Part shown: positions 1 to 9,620 of the stretch, one piece after another
Position numbering within the stretch: position 1 is the first letter of the stretch
Layout: each line of letters opens with the position of its first letter
Origin: an uncultured Candidatus Saccharibacteria bacterium
GTDB taxonomy: Bacteria; Patescibacteriota; Doudnabacteria; UBA920
Assembly (NCBI GenBank): GCA_964650255.1
Contig: CAZYQT010000005.1
Coordinates: 2,006 to 66,005, forward strand
DNA length: 64,000 nucleotides
Direction of reading: 5' to 3'
Program-made: the position numbers and the translations under genes
Notes under the pieces: generated by a model
What the model was told of the DNA's origin: nothing
Databases searched by the model: none
Seen by the model: the letters and a program-made list of their open reading frames with translations, nothing else

Positions 1-2005
1 CTAAGGCTTTCACAGTAATGAACTGAGGATAGTTAAACATAAAACCACTTTGCTGTTTCCCAAATAAATCTCCAAAACCTCGTTCTTTTAAGTCCAGTTC
101 TGCTAAGGCGAATCCATCAGTCGTTTTGGTTAAAGCTGTTAAGCGCCTGGTATCTTGCTGGCTAGCCTCAGTGGTAAAAAGAAAACAGTAGCAATCGTAT
201 TTGTTGCGTCCAATGCGTCCCCGTAGTTGGTGTAGTTGTGCCAAGCCAAATCTTTCCGCCCCTTCAATAATCATAGTGGTGGCATTGGGAATGTCGATGC
301 CAATTTCAATTACCGAGGTGCTGACCAAAATGTCGAGCTTGCCGGCGGCAAATTCAGCCATAACTTTGTCTTTATCTGCGCCTTTCATTTTTCCGTATAG
401 CAGGCCCAGCTTAAGTTTTGGGAATACCTCAGTTTGTAATCTCGTAAATTCTTTTTTAACGGACCGGACTTCGCTTGCCCCACTGCTTGTGCCAAGTTCA
501 GACTCTTCGACTCGTGGGGTAACCACGAATGCTTGCCTACCCGAGGCAATTTCTTGTCGGACCAATTCGTAAGCTTGTCCCCGGTTTTCCTCCGATACTA
601 TTTTAGTAATAACAGGCTTGCGACCGCTAGGCACTTGTGTCAATGTTGATACCTCTAAGTCCGCGTATAAAGACATGGCCAATGTTCGAGGGATCGGTGT
701 TGCCGACATCGACAATAAGTGGGGAACAGTAGCCTGACGTTTAGCGTTGTCCGCATTTAAATTTGTTGACAACAAAAAGCCGCGCTGTCCCACGCCGAAA
801 CGGTGCTGCTCATCAATTATTACCAGTGCTAAATTATTAAATTTGATTTTTTCTTGAAGCAAGGCATGGGTGCCGATACAAATTTTCACAACCCCAGATA
901 ACAAGCCATTAATAATGGTCTTTTTGTCTTTAGTTTTGTCGCTCTCTGCAAATGTTCTGGTTAGCAAAGCCAGGCCATCACCTGATCCGAGAATTTGACC
1001 GAAAGTGTCGAAATGCTGTTTGGCTAAGATTTCGGTTGGGGCTAATAAAACAGTCTGATACCCAGCTCCCGCGGTTTGTAGCGCAGCCAAAAGGGCTACG
1101 ATAGTTTTGCCACTACCTACATCGCCTTGCAGTAAGCGATTCATTGGCTGGTCAGATTCTAGATCTTGAAAAATTTCCCAAGCTGCTCTCTTTTGGGAAG
1201 CGGTTAGGGTGAATGGCAAGGTGTTTAAAAAGGTTTTAACCTGATCAACTTTAACTTTAATATGATAGCTGTCTCTGTTGGCCGAATTTTGTTTTAGAAT
1301 TTGTACTGCTAATTGCTGAGGTAAGACATCGTCTACAGCAACACGGAACCGAGCTTGAGTTAACAGTTCATCATTTTCTGGAAAATGTAACTGCTCAATA
1401 GCCTCAGCTATTGGCATTAATTCCTTATTTTTTGAAAGCAGATTTTTAGGGACAAAATCCTCCAGTTCATTAGTAGCCTGCAAGCAGATTTTTACAAGTT
1501 TACGCACCGTGCGCAAAGGGATAACTTCGCTGCGCCTATAAATTGGCACAAGGCGACCAGTGTGAAGACCTGCCATTTGCGAGTCATCAGTTTGGGTGTT
1601 GTCGGAAATTTTTTCGTAAGCTGGGTTTGTAAACTGCAGATGTTTGTAGCGAGTTACCTTGCCTGACAGTATTAACTCATCCCCAGTTTTAAGTTGATTG
1701 GCAATATAGGTTTGATTAAACCACACTGCGCGGATAATCCCTGTGCCGTCTTCTAAAGTGACTTCGCAGTAAGACATGCGACCGCGAAACCCAAAATTAG
1801 CTTTTACAGATTTAATGCGGCCCATGACGGTAATCACGTCATTCTCCTCGGCCTGGCCAATGCTAACTGTTTTGCGGTAGTCCATGTACCGAGTTGGGAA
1901 AAAATATAGTAGGTCCGCAATAGTTTTTACTCCCACAGACGAAAAAGCCGCAGCTAGTTTAGCTCCGACAAGTGGCAGAGTTTGAATTGAATCAGTTAGC
2001 TTCAT
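1..2005 (-). CDS. recG: ATP-dependent DNA helicase RecG (3' end runs off the window)
   Basis: Not in the ORF track; translated by hand from ATG at 2005: MKLTDSIQTLPLVG...DLLYFFPTRYMDYR, LLQGDVGSGKT (Walker A), IIDEQHRFGV, MSATPIPRTL, QLHQLRGRIGR. Confidence 0.96.
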   Translation of the reverse strand, partial: MKLTDSIQTLPLVGAKLAAAFSSVGVKTIADLLYFFPTRYMDYRKTVSIGQAEENDVITVMGRIKSVKANFGFRGRMSYCEVTLEDGTGIIRAVWFNQTYIANQLKTGDELILSGKVTRYKHLQFTNPAYEKISDNTQTDDSQMAGLHTGRLVPIYRRSEVIPLRTVRKLVKICLQATNELEDFVPKNLLSKNKELMPIAEAIEQLHFPENDELLTQARFRVAVDDVLPQQLAVQILKQNSANRDSYHIKVKVDQVKTFLNTLPFTLTASQKRAAWEIFQDLESDQPMNRLLQGDVGSGKTIVALLAALQTAGAGYQTVLLAPTEILAKQHFDTFGQILGSGDGLALLTRTFAESDKTKDKKTIINGLLSGVVKICIGTHALLQEKIKFNNLALVIIDEQHRFGVGQRGFLLSTNLNADNAKRQATVPHLLSMSATPIPRTLAMSLYADLEVSTLTQVPSGRKPVITKIVSEENRGQAYELVRQEIASGRQAFVVTPRVEESELGTSSGASEVRSVKKEFTRLQTEVFPKLKLGLLYGKMKGADKDKVMAEFAAGKLDILVSTSVIEIGIDIPNATTMIIEGAERFGLAQLHQLRGRIGRNKYDCYCFLFTTEASQQDTRRLTALTKTTDGFALAELDLKERGFGDLFGKQQSGFMFNYPQFITVKAL

Positions 2006-2022
2006 AGTATTCCAATACTGCA

Positions 2023-2099
2023 TGGTGCTCCCGGCAGGGATCGAACCTGCGGCCTTTCCCTCCGGAGGGGAACGCTCTAATCCACTGAGCTACGGAAGC
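2023..2099 (-). tRNA. tRNA-Arg(CCG), CCA encoded
   Basis: Reverse complement GCTTCCG...TTCCC-CT-CCG-GA-GGGAA...GGTTCGATCCC...CGGGAGC-A-CCA folds as a cloverleaf. Confidence 0.96.
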
Positions 2100-2572
2100 T
2101 AAAACTTAATTCGGTGGGCAATGCGCTGGTGAATTAATTCGTGCTTTTCTGGATTTTCCGGCAGTAGCTCGCTTAAAATTTCTTGCACTTCATCGGCATC
2201 TTGTTCATGAAGTTCGATAGCTAAAAGATGGTTTAGGTAAGCAGTGGTTTCAATATTTAAAGTTTTATGATTATCGTTATCGACAATCCAAAATTGTTTT
2301 ATACGCGAGTAGGGGATATGGCTATCATCAACATGCAGACCGTGAGTACTAATAACTACGTTAACAGTTTTGGGTTTGTGTAATGCAAACAAGGCAAAGA
2401 AAATTGATATAATAACCATAGTTACCGCGCCAAACCAATCTTTCATAAACAGCTCAAAGGCAATCACTAACGCAGCTATTACTCCAAAAGTAATATACCA
2501 CGCAGCGTTTTTAGGGTAGTGACGGAATTCCGGTGCTTCCCATTCAATTATTGGTTCTGGTAGCTTTGCCAT
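2099..2572 (-). CDS. Conserved CPR membrane protein (two TM helices plus a small PH-like/DUF5673-like domain)
   Basis: IEWEAPEF...KNAAWY N-terminus, two TM segments, then 'ISTHGLHVDDSHIPYSRIKQFWI'. Confidence 0.7.
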   Translation of the reverse strand: MAKLPEPIIEWEAPEFRHYPKNAAWYITFGVIAALVIAFELFMKDWFGAVTMVIISIFFALFALHKPKTVNVVISTHGLHVDDSHIPYSRIKQFWIVDNDNHKTLNIETTAYLNHLLAIELHEQDADEVQEILSELLPENPEKHELIHQRIAHRIKF

Positions 2573-2592
2573 TTTGTTTTATTGATATTCTC

Positions 2593-2681
<89 letters not shown>

Positions 2682-2746
2682 CTAAGTTTAGGGCAGATTT
2701 ATTATACCATCATTGCCCTGGTAATAGAAGGGAAATAAAAGCAAAC

Positions 2747-2782
2747 AAAAACAGGCCTCGCTCTAGACTTTGGCCTGTTTTT
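2747..2782. terminator. Intrinsic terminator after the anti-sigma gene (symmetric A/T tracts)
   Basis: AAAAACAGGCC-N14-GGCCTGTTTTT. Confidence 0.7.
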
Positions 2783-2884
2783 AAGTAATTTCTGTTTCCT
2801 GTAGTACTCTCGTTTCAGGGCAGGGAACTACAATTTTTTGTAATCCTTTGCCCAGAAACGATTTACAGGACAGATAAATTACTT
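2783..2884. other. ~100 nt imperfect long hairpin of unknown function
   Basis: Nested complementary blocks AAGTAATTT/AAATTACTT, TCCTGTA/TACAGGA, TCGTTTC/GAAACGA, GGGCA/TGCCC, TACAA/TTGTA. Confidence 0.7.
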
Positions 2885-4006
2885 TTGATTGTACTGTGGA
2901 GCGCTTGGCTCTACAATGAATGATCCTGTTGCTTGATTCGGGTCTGTAACTGGTTCAATTGTGGTATCTGGCTGAACTGCTGGTTCCTTTGGCTTAACAA
3001 CTGGCTTAGTAGTTGTAGTGGCGCCTTTTACTTCACCTGTATCTGCAGGGAGAAGAGAGATTTGCTTAGCTACCAGAACACCATTTTCAGTTTTAATTCC
3101 TGTAATTGATGCGCGTCCTACTGGCATCTTTATAGTGCTGGCATCAACTGTTTCGCCAGTGCTTGCAGTAATTACAGTTTGTTCATCCATTGCAAAGGTA
3201 TTATTTTCTACAGTAATGTAGTTCTTGTAAAAGTAAGTAATATTACCCGTAACCGATACTTTGTTCGGTGCATCGATTAAGACTTGATCGTTAACAGTGG
3301 CAACGATTTTCGCCAGCGCTTGATCTGTCTTAATGTTTTCATTTAGAGCAGTGCTAGCAGCTGGATCGCCCAGTTCTGTTAAGACATCTTTTTGCTGTTT
3401 GTTTACAGCTACCAAAGTGTCTAGTAATGTGGAGTCTTGTTTGGAGATGGCGTTAGCAGTAGCTATTGGTCCAGCCTGGGCAAAGGTTTTTGCACTCTGA
3501 GATTGCAGTGCCGCTATAGCGGCTGTTTCTGCTTCGGCATTACCACTTTGTGCAGCTTGGCGAACTTCATTAAGACGTTTTTGCATTAGCTCAACGTGGA
3601 TAACAGCAATTTTTTCTTGGTCACGAGTAAAGGTTAAGCGAGCTTCTTCTGTGGCTCGTTTCAATGAGTAAAGCGTGTCGCCGGGTAAACTTGATGAAGT
3701 TTGATTCGCCAAAACATTTCCACCGATCAGTACTACAACCAGGGCAATGGGAATAGCTGCAATACGGTAGTAAGCAACGGCACTCCAGAACCATCCTTTA
3801 GTGACTGCTTCTGAATATAGGTGGCGCTTGTATGGAGCGGGGACATCCAATTTAGGAATATTTAACCCAATTTTAGAAATGGCTAAAAGGCCACTAAGCT
3901 CTTCTTTGTGGTCAGGGTAATCAGCTAGGATTGCGTGTTGGCTTTCGCCATTTTGCAATCTTGTGATCGCTGTATCTAGTATTTCATTTATGGAGTGGTG
4001 GGACAT
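2879..4006 (-). CDS. Putative anti-sigma factor (DUF5667 plus DUF5666-like domain)
   Basis: One TM helix, 'SLPGDTLYSLKRATEEARLTF' DUF5667 signature, C-terminal beta domain; starts 1 nt after the ECF sigma stop codon. Confidence 0.75.
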   Translation of the reverse strand: MSHHSINEILDTAITRLQNGESQHAILADYPDHKEELSGLLAISKIGLNIPKLDVPAPYKRHLYSEAVTKGWFWSAVAYYRIAAIPIALVVVLIGGNVLANQTSSSLPGDTLYSLKRATEEARLTFTRDQEKIAVIHVELMQKRLNEVRQAAQSGNAEAETAAIAALQSQSAKTFAQAGPIATANAISKQDSTLLDTLVAVNKQQKDVLTELGDPAASTALNENIKTDQALAKIVATVNDQVLIDAPNKVSVTGNITYFYKNYITVENNTFAMDEQTVITASTGETVDASTIKMPVGRASITGIKTENGVLVAKQISLLPADTGEVKGATTTTKPVVKPKEPAVQPDTTIEPVTDPNQATGSFIVEPSAPQYNQK

Positions 4007-4007
4007 T

Positions 4008-4592
4008 TTAGTCTTTAGAAATGTTATCTATGAGTTCTTTAAGTTTATTAATGGCGCGGTGTTGAATAACTCTGATGGCGCCTTCAGTCTTTTCCATAAT
4101 TTCGGCAATCGCAGCGTTATCTATATCTTCCAAAAATTTTAGTTTGATAACTTGCTGCTGTTCTGCTGTTAGCTCTTTAAGTAATTTGATGAACAAAGTT
4201 TGTTCGGTTTTCAAATTGACCAGATCAACAATATTGGTTTCGTACTCCAAAGTGTTTTCGATTTCTTCCAGCGGAACAATTTGTCGTTTGCTTCGGTAGT
4301 AATCGATTACCCGGTTGCGAGCAATTTGGAATAACCAACCTTCGAATGCTGCTGGTTGCTCAAGCTTGCGAAGATTCTTAAAAATCTTCACAAACACTTC
4401 TTCGGTTAAGTCCTCGGCTGTTTCTTTATGGCTTACGCGATAGAAGATAAACCGATAGACTCGCTCAAAGTAATGGTTATAAATAGAGCTTAACGCAGCA
4501 TCTGCTCCAGCTTGGGCTTGCCGCAAAATTGGGGCCAGTTTTTCTGGAGGCATTTGCGCATTATTTAAGTTGGAATGAGCATGGTCATTCAT
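4008..4592 (-). CDS. ECF RNA polymerase sigma factor (true start may be the ATG at 4553)
   Basis: Region 2 'AEDLTEEVFVK...WLFQIARNRVIDYYR', region 4 'LTAEQQQVI...IAEIMEKTEGAIRVIQHRA'. Confidence 0.93.
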   Translation of the reverse strand: MNDHAHSNLNNAQMPPEKLAPILRQAQAGADAALSSIYNHYFERVYRFIFYRVSHKETAEDLTEEVFVKIFKNLRKLEQPAAFEGWLFQIARNRVIDYYRSKRQIVPLEEIENTLEYETNIVDLVNLKTEQTLFIKLLKELTAEQQQVIKLKFLEDIDNAAIAEIMEKTEGAIRVIQHRAINKLKELIDNISKD

Positions 4593-4595
4593 AGA

Positions 4596-4621
4596 GACGC
4601 TCCAAAAAGGGGTTTGTTACA
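4596..4621 (-). promoter_or_regulatory. ECF-type autoregulatory promoter TGTAAC-N16-CGTC
   Basis: Matches the AAC/CGT ECF consensus (SigW/SigX-like), directly upstream of the ECF gene. Confidence 0.75.
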
Positions 4622-4718
4622 GGTAAAATTTAGTTTCTAAATCTAAAATCAGACCTTTAAAATGGCCTAAAGTGTCTTTATTGTAGCATACAAAAAAGCC
4701 CATAAGGGCTTACTTCTC

Positions 4719-4812
<94 letters not shown>

Positions 4813-4882
4813 ATAAGCTAATATTGATGCGGCCCACGGTCTGTCGCCGGGTCGCTATAACTCATGTATTTTAGCGAAAAAC

Positions 4883-5614
4883 TTAGTCTTTGGCAATGCT
4901 GATGCACCAGACTTGTTCTGCGCCAGCTTGTTTGAGCACGCGCGTGGCTTCGAGGAAGGTTTGGCCAGTAGTAGATACATCGTCTACTAATATAACTTTT
5001 CTTGGAAAATTCGGAATCTGATTAGCTTTAAATGCATTAGCTAAATTAGTTTGACGCGATTTGGCGTCTAAGTTCTTTTGGGTTTGAGTGTTTTTACTTC
5101 GTTGAAGTAGAGGATAGTAAGGCAAGTTTAATCCTTGCGCCATTACTTTGGCTGCAATTTCGGATTGATTAAACCCTCGCCATCTTAAGCGGCGTGCATG
5201 TAAAGGAATAGCGCAAACCACAAAATCTTTTAACGCAGAATATTCTTCTGGTTTGGACTCTCGTTTGTATATAGCATCAAAAAAGATATGCTCTGAGGCC
5301 AGTGCTCCCAGCACTGCAAAAACTTCCGGAACGAAGTAATATTTTCCAGTAATTATCATGTCAGCCACAGTTTTGTTTTGATAGGCAAAAGCGCTAAGTA
5401 GGCGATCAGGGGAGAATTCGGTTTTACAAGGAGTATGCGTGAATCCTTGCGGACTGGCGGAATTGCAAACAACACAAAAGTTGCGAACCAAACTAGGAAT
5501 TTGGTTCATGCAAAACTTGCACAAATAACCGCCTGATCTTTGACAACCAAAGCAGTATTTGGGATAGAAAACATCCGCTAAAATATTGAGGCCAAATGAA
5601 AGTAATCCTGGCAT
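4883..5614 (-). CDS. comF: ComF family protein (zinc ribbon plus phosphoribosyltransferase domain)
   Basis: CxxC pairs, 'IPLHARRLRWRGFNQS', 'ILVDDVSTTGQT'. Confidence 0.9.
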   Translation of the reverse strand: MPGLLSFGLNILADVFYPKYCFGCQRSGGYLCKFCMNQIPSLVRNFCVVCNSASPQGFTHTPCKTEFSPDRLLSAFAYQNKTVADMIITGKYYFVPEVFAVLGALASEHIFFDAIYKRESKPEEYSALKDFVVCAIPLHARRLRWRGFNQSEIAAKVMAQGLNLPYYPLLQRSKNTQTQKNLDAKSRQTNLANAFKANQIPNFPRKVILVDDVSTTGQTFLEATRVLKQAGAEQVWCISIAKD

Positions 5615-5675
5615 GCAATCATTGTAAACCAGGCTACCTCAATTCTACGTAAAGTTTTGATAAAGTTTTGCGAAC

Positions 5676-5703
5676 AAAAAACACTAGCGTCGCCAATGTT
5701 TTT
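5676..5703 (-). terminator. Intrinsic terminator of the 5702-6319 gene
   Basis: Minus strand AAAAACATTGGCG-A-CGCTAGTGTTTTTT, pairing with G-U wobbles. Confidence 0.55.
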
Positions 5704-6319
5704 AATAGAAATACCATTTGCTAACCTCAGGAGATGTACCTAGAATCATTTTTATATTTTTATCAGGATGAGCAACCATATGTGCAGTAACTCTTGTATG
5801 TCCTTCAACAAGAATAATATTTTTATCTATCGCTTGTATTCCTATAATCTCAGGATAAGATTTGCCTTTTTTCATGTCCGTCACAATTTCGTTGACATGG
5901 TTGTTAAAATTATCTCCGTCATCACTAATGACATCTATGATATCTAGATTTTTTACCCCATCTATTACAAGCCGCGTCCCTTGAGTTATTGTTAGGAATT
6001 TATCGTAAACCATATATTTTAGAATACCGAACTCTCTGGGTTCTATCTCGATATGTTCGTAAACTATGTCTTTAGGCCAGCCTTGGAATAAACCTGTTTT
6101 ATCTCCATAGCCTCGAAAATTAAGTAAAGAGGCTCGTATGGAGTTGTGTAGTTCATTATTTAAGTCAGGAGTGTCAATTAATGATCCTCTATCAAAGCCG
6201 TGTATCGCTAATTTTGATATAGGGTTTTCTATGTAGTTTTTAAAACGAGGTGAGTCAATCTCAGCTTGTAAAAAAGCTAGTATTATTTCATTCTCGTTCG
6301 ATGGTCCAATTTTGAGCAT
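5702..6319 (-). CDS. Hypothetical protein, possible ParB/sulfiredoxin-like C-terminal domain
   Basis: AT-rich ORF with 'YPEIIG...IILVEGHTRVTA', resembling the ParB/Srx GxxR motif. Confidence 0.6.
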   Translation of the reverse strand: MLKIGPSNENEIILAFLQAEIDSPRFKNYIENPISKLAIHGFDRGSLIDTPDLNNELHNSIRASLLNFRGYGDKTGLFQGWPKDIVYEHIEIEPREFGILKYMVYDKFLTITQGTRLVIDGVKNLDIIDVISDDGDNFNNHVNEIVTDMKKGKSYPEIIGIQAIDKNIILVEGHTRVTAHMVAHPDKNIKMILGTSPEVSKWYFY

Positions 6320-6333
6320 GATATCAATATAAC

Positions 6334-6363
6334 AAAAAACACCTCGGATTACGAGGTGTTTTT
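6334..6363 (-). terminator. Intrinsic terminator of clpC
   Basis: AAAAAACACCTCG-GATTA-CGAGGTGTTTTT. Confidence 0.8.
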
Positions 6364-6372
6364 ATATGATGC

Positions 6373-8934
6373 TTAAACCGGTACAGCCACAGGAGCTTTT
6401 TGGATTTCGAATATTACTTCATCATTTTTTACGTCTGCGGCAATAGTAGTACCGGAAGAAATGTTTTGTGAAATAATTTTCTCGGCCAATGGATCGCTAA
6501 TTAAATCTTGGATGTTTTTGCGAATGTAGCGCGCGCCTTGCAAAGGGTCAAAACTTTTTTCAGAAATATACTTGATTAGCGCAGGAGTAACTTTCAGGGT
6601 GACTTGTTGCATAGCAAGACGCCGTTGAACATCACCAAATTGAATAGTGGTGATCTTGCGTAATTGCTGCATGCCTAGTGGGCGGAAGATTAACACTTTG
6701 TCGATGCGGTTCAAGAATTCTGGGCGCAAATCTTGCTTTAGTTTTTCTAACAGGCCAAGTTTAATCCGATCGTATTCTTTTTCAAGTTTAACTTTTTGGT
6801 CTTCTTCCATTTCGCGGTCCGCAAAACCAATCTTCTTAGCCTGGGCATTCAGTTCCTGCATACCTAAGTTAGATGTCATAATGATAACAGTGTTGGCAAA
6901 ATTAACCCGTTTGCCCTGAGCGTCAGTTAATTGACCATCTTCCAAAATTTGCAGCAAGATGTTGAATACCTCTGGATTAGCTTTTTCGATTTCATCAAAC
7001 AAAACCACAGAGTAAGGCTTGCGTCGCACAGCTTCGGTTAAGCGGCCGCCTTCTTCGTAACCAACGTAACCTGCTGGCGCGCCAACTAAGCGCGACACGT
7101 TGTGGCGTTCCATGAACTCAGACATATCGATGCGGATTAACGCATCAGGATCTTCAAATACTTCCTGGGCAATCATTTTCGCGGTTTCTGTTTTTCCCAC
7201 TCCTGTAGGCCCCAGGAACATAAATGAGCCAATCGGGCGCTGTGGATCTGCAAGACCTGCGCGTGAGCGGCGAATGGTTTTGGCAATTTCATTAACTGCT
7301 TCATCTTGCCCAACAATTCGGGTTTTTAATATCTTTTCTAAATTAGCGAGTTTGCCAATTTCAGTTTGCGCTAATTTCTTCAACGGAATTTTAGTCATCA
7401 TGGAAACAGTGGCCGCAATGTCTTCGCCAGTAATAGAGTAAACCGGATCAGTTTCGGACTTTTCTTGGGTTTCTAAAATTTTCTTCTGATGCAATAGTTT
7501 TTCTTCCTGACTACGCAAATGCAAGGCAGTTGTAAAGTCTTGCGACAACACTGCTTTAGTTTTTTCTTCTTCCAAAGCAACAAGCTCGTTCTCAACTTTT
7601 TTACGGTTCTTCGCAGTTTTGGAGTTGCTGTGAATGCTGCGCAAAGCAGAAGCAGTTTCATCAATTAAGTCCACTGCTTTGTCTGGCAAGAAATGATCTT
7701 GAATATAACGGTCGGAAAGTTCCACTGCCGCGTTTATAGCTTCGTCAGTAATGGTAATTCGGTGATGCTTTTCGTAATTAGGGCGTAGGCCTTTCAAAAT
7801 CGCAATCGATTCTTCTTTGCTTGGCTCTTCTACTAATATAGATTGGAAGCGGCGTTCAAGTGCAGCATCGTGCTCAATATACTTCTTGTATTCCGATAGG
7901 GTAGTGGCACCAATGGTTCGGATTTCGCCGCGAGCTAAAGCAGGCTTCAAAATATTGGCAGCATCAAGACTGCCTGTAGAAGCGCCAGCGCCAATCATAG
8001 TGTGAAGCTCGTCTATAAATAGAATAACGTTTTCATCGGCTTTAACTTCATCAATAATTTGTTTTAAACGATTTTCAAATTCACCGCGGAACATTGAGCC
8101 GGCCACAACTAGAGCAAGGTCTAAAGAGAGAATGCGCTTGTCGAGCAAAATATCTGGCACTTCGCGGTTGGCAATAGCCAAAGCTAAACCTTCCACAATG
8201 GCGGTTTTACCAACACCAGCTTCACCAATTAACACTGGATTGTTTTTGGTGCGGCGACCAAGAATAGAAGTGAGGCGTTCAATTTCTTTTTTGCGACCAA
8301 TCACAGGATCGATTGAACCCATGGCTGCTTTTTTAGTTAGGTCCGTTGTGTAATACTCTAAGACACTTCCTTTGCGACCATCTTGTGGTCCACCAGGTTG
8401 ACCGTGCGCATGGGGATGCTCGCCAGCAGGACCAGCTGCTCCACCAGGCATACCTTGTTCAGCCGGCATGTCTGGAAATTTAGAAATATTTTCAAATACA
8501 GCAACCAGGTTATGTTCTAGCTCACCAATATCAATTCCAAGCTTGGACATAATTACCTTAGCTCGGTTTGGTTGAGTGGTTAGTAACCCATACAAAAAGT
8601 GTTCGGTGCCAATAAATTGATACCCATACTGACTGGCGACAATTGCTGAGCGCTCAATAGCTTGTTTGAGATGTTCTGAAAGTACTGGTTTCCAGGAGTC
8701 AGTTTCGTGATTCTTGTTGACCAGTACCAACTCGGCTTTAATAATTTCTGGCGTAATTTTCGCTTTTATTAAAATTTCCGCAGCAAAAGAGCTCTTTTCC
8801 GCCACTATGCCGAAAAGAAGGTGCTCTGTACCAATATGATCATGACGCAGCTCTTCCGAGGCCATTTGCGCTGCAATAAGCGCATTTTTAGCTCTACTGG
8901 AAAGGCGTTCTAATATAAATGAGAAATTATCCAT
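6373..8934 (-). CDS. clpC: ATP-dependent Clp protease ATPase subunit ClpC
   Basis: Clp N-domain, two AAA modules ([16 protein letters not shown]), short coiled linker, IGF ClpP-docking loop; start placed at the ATG at 8934, downstream of the CIRCE. Confidence 0.92.
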   Translation of the reverse strand: MDNFSFILERLSSRAKNALIAAQMASEELRHDHIGTEHLLFGIVAEKSSFAAEILIKAKITPEIIKAELVLVNKNHETDSWKPVLSEHLKQAIERSAIVASQYGYQFIGTEHFLYGLLTTQPNRAKVIMSKLGIDIGELEHNLVAVFENISKFPDMPAEQGMPGGAAGPAGEHPHAHGQPGGPQDGRKGSVLEYYTTDLTKKAAMGSIDPVIGRKKEIERLTSILGRRTKNNPVLIGEAGVGKTAIVEGLALAIANREVPDILLDKRILSLDLALVVAGSMFRGEFENRLKQIIDEVKADENVILFIDELHTMIGAGASTGSLDAANILKPALARGEIRTIGATTLSEYKKYIEHDAALERRFQSILVEEPSKEESIAILKGLRPNYEKHHRITITDEAINAAVELSDRYIQDHFLPDKAVDLIDETASALRSIHSNSKTAKNRKKVENELVALEEEKTKAVLSQDFTTALHLRSQEEKLLHQKKILETQEKSETDPVYSITGEDIAATVSMMTKIPLKKLAQTEIGKLANLEKILKTRIVGQDEAVNEIAKTIRRSRAGLADPQRPIGSFMFLGPTGVGKTETAKMIAQEVFEDPDALIRIDMSEFMERHNVSRLVGAPAGYVGYEEGGRLTEAVRRKPYSVVLFDEIEKANPEVFNILLQILEDGQLTDAQGKRVNFANTVIIMTSNLGMQELNAQAKKIGFADREMEEDQKVKLEKEYDRIKLGLLEKLKQDLRPEFLNRIDKVLIFRPLGMQQLRKITTIQFGDVQRRLAMQQVTLKVTPALIKYISEKSFDPLQGARYIRKNIQDLISDPLAEKIISQNISSGTTIAADVKNDEVIFEIQKAPVAVPV

Positions 8935-8960
8935 AAAGATTTGATATTTTGAGAGATTAA

Positions 8961-8987
8961 TTAGCACTCTCTTGCCGAGACTGCTAA
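8961..8987. promoter_or_regulatory. CIRCE operator (HrcA binding site)
   Basis: TTAGCACTC-N9-GACTGCTAA versus consensus TTAGCACTC-N9-GAGTGCTAA (one mismatch). Confidence 0.9.
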
Positions 8988-8991
8988 TTCG

Positions 8992-9021
8992 AGTGTATCA
9001 GTGAGCGCGGGGTTATGTCAA
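8992..9021 (-). promoter_or_regulatory. Sigma70 promoter of clpC
   Basis: TTGACA-N18-TACACT with an extended TG, immediately upstream of the CIRCE. Confidence 0.75.
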
Positions 9022-9131
9022 GAATCTTTATCTCATCTTTAGCATAACACGCTATAATAAAATTGATATAAAGAAATAGTGCATAACTCCTTCAATTTTT
9101 AATACAATATTTTCTATATTTTATTACGTAG

Positions 9132-9620
9132 ATGTTCAAAAAAAGTAAACCTTTAAAAAAACCTGATGATGCTGACCACGGCTATGAATACGCATTGTTT
9201 TTGTTGAACCTGAGCATGCGAACTGAATTTGAGATGCGCGAAAAAATGGCACGCCGTGGTTACTTTCCAAAAATTATTGACGAAGTGGTGCAGCGCTTGT
9301 TCGACGATCGCTACTTAAACGACGACCATTATGCCGAAGTATTTATCGATAGCTTAAAGCGCTATAAGTACTATGGCAGATTCATGATGAAAAAAAAGTT
9401 ATACGAAAAAAAATTGCCCAAAGAGGTTATTGAGGACAAGCTACATGAACTTGTTACTGAAGATGATGAACTAGATATTGCCCAGCGCTATGTAGAAAAA
9501 AACTTTGGCCCGTTAAAAGAAATCAAAAAATTTGATTACGATCAAAAGCAGAAAGTTATGCGCAGACTAATGGCGCGTGGCTTTGGCTTGGATTTAGTGA
9601 AAAGCTTGCTCGGGGTTTAA
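9132..9620 (+). CDS. recX: Regulatory protein RecX
   Basis: 'ALFLLNLSMRTEFEMREKM', 'YLNDDHYA', 'RRLMARGF' three-helix repeats. Confidence 0.88.
   Translation: MFKKSKPLKKPDDADHGYEYALFLLNLSMRTEFEMREKMARRGYFPKIIDEVVQRLFDDRYLNDDHYAEVFIDSLKRYKYYGRFMMKKKLYEKKLPKEVIEDKLHELVTEDDELDIAQRYVEKNFGPLKEIKKFDYDQKQKVMRRLMARGFGLDLVKSLLGV

Noticed and set aside
4829-4855. GC-rich hairpin upstream of tRNA-Ser(GCT)
   Set aside because: Short, and adequately explained as a tRNA leader or weak comF terminator; no further support.
8935-8967. ORF-track N-terminal extension of clpC (likewise gatB 15655, proS 23952, GT-C 41263, wecA-like 43049, GT2 45765, UbiA 61587)
   Set aside because: The extensions run through operators, promoters or neighbouring genes; downstream ATGs fit the family N-termini better.
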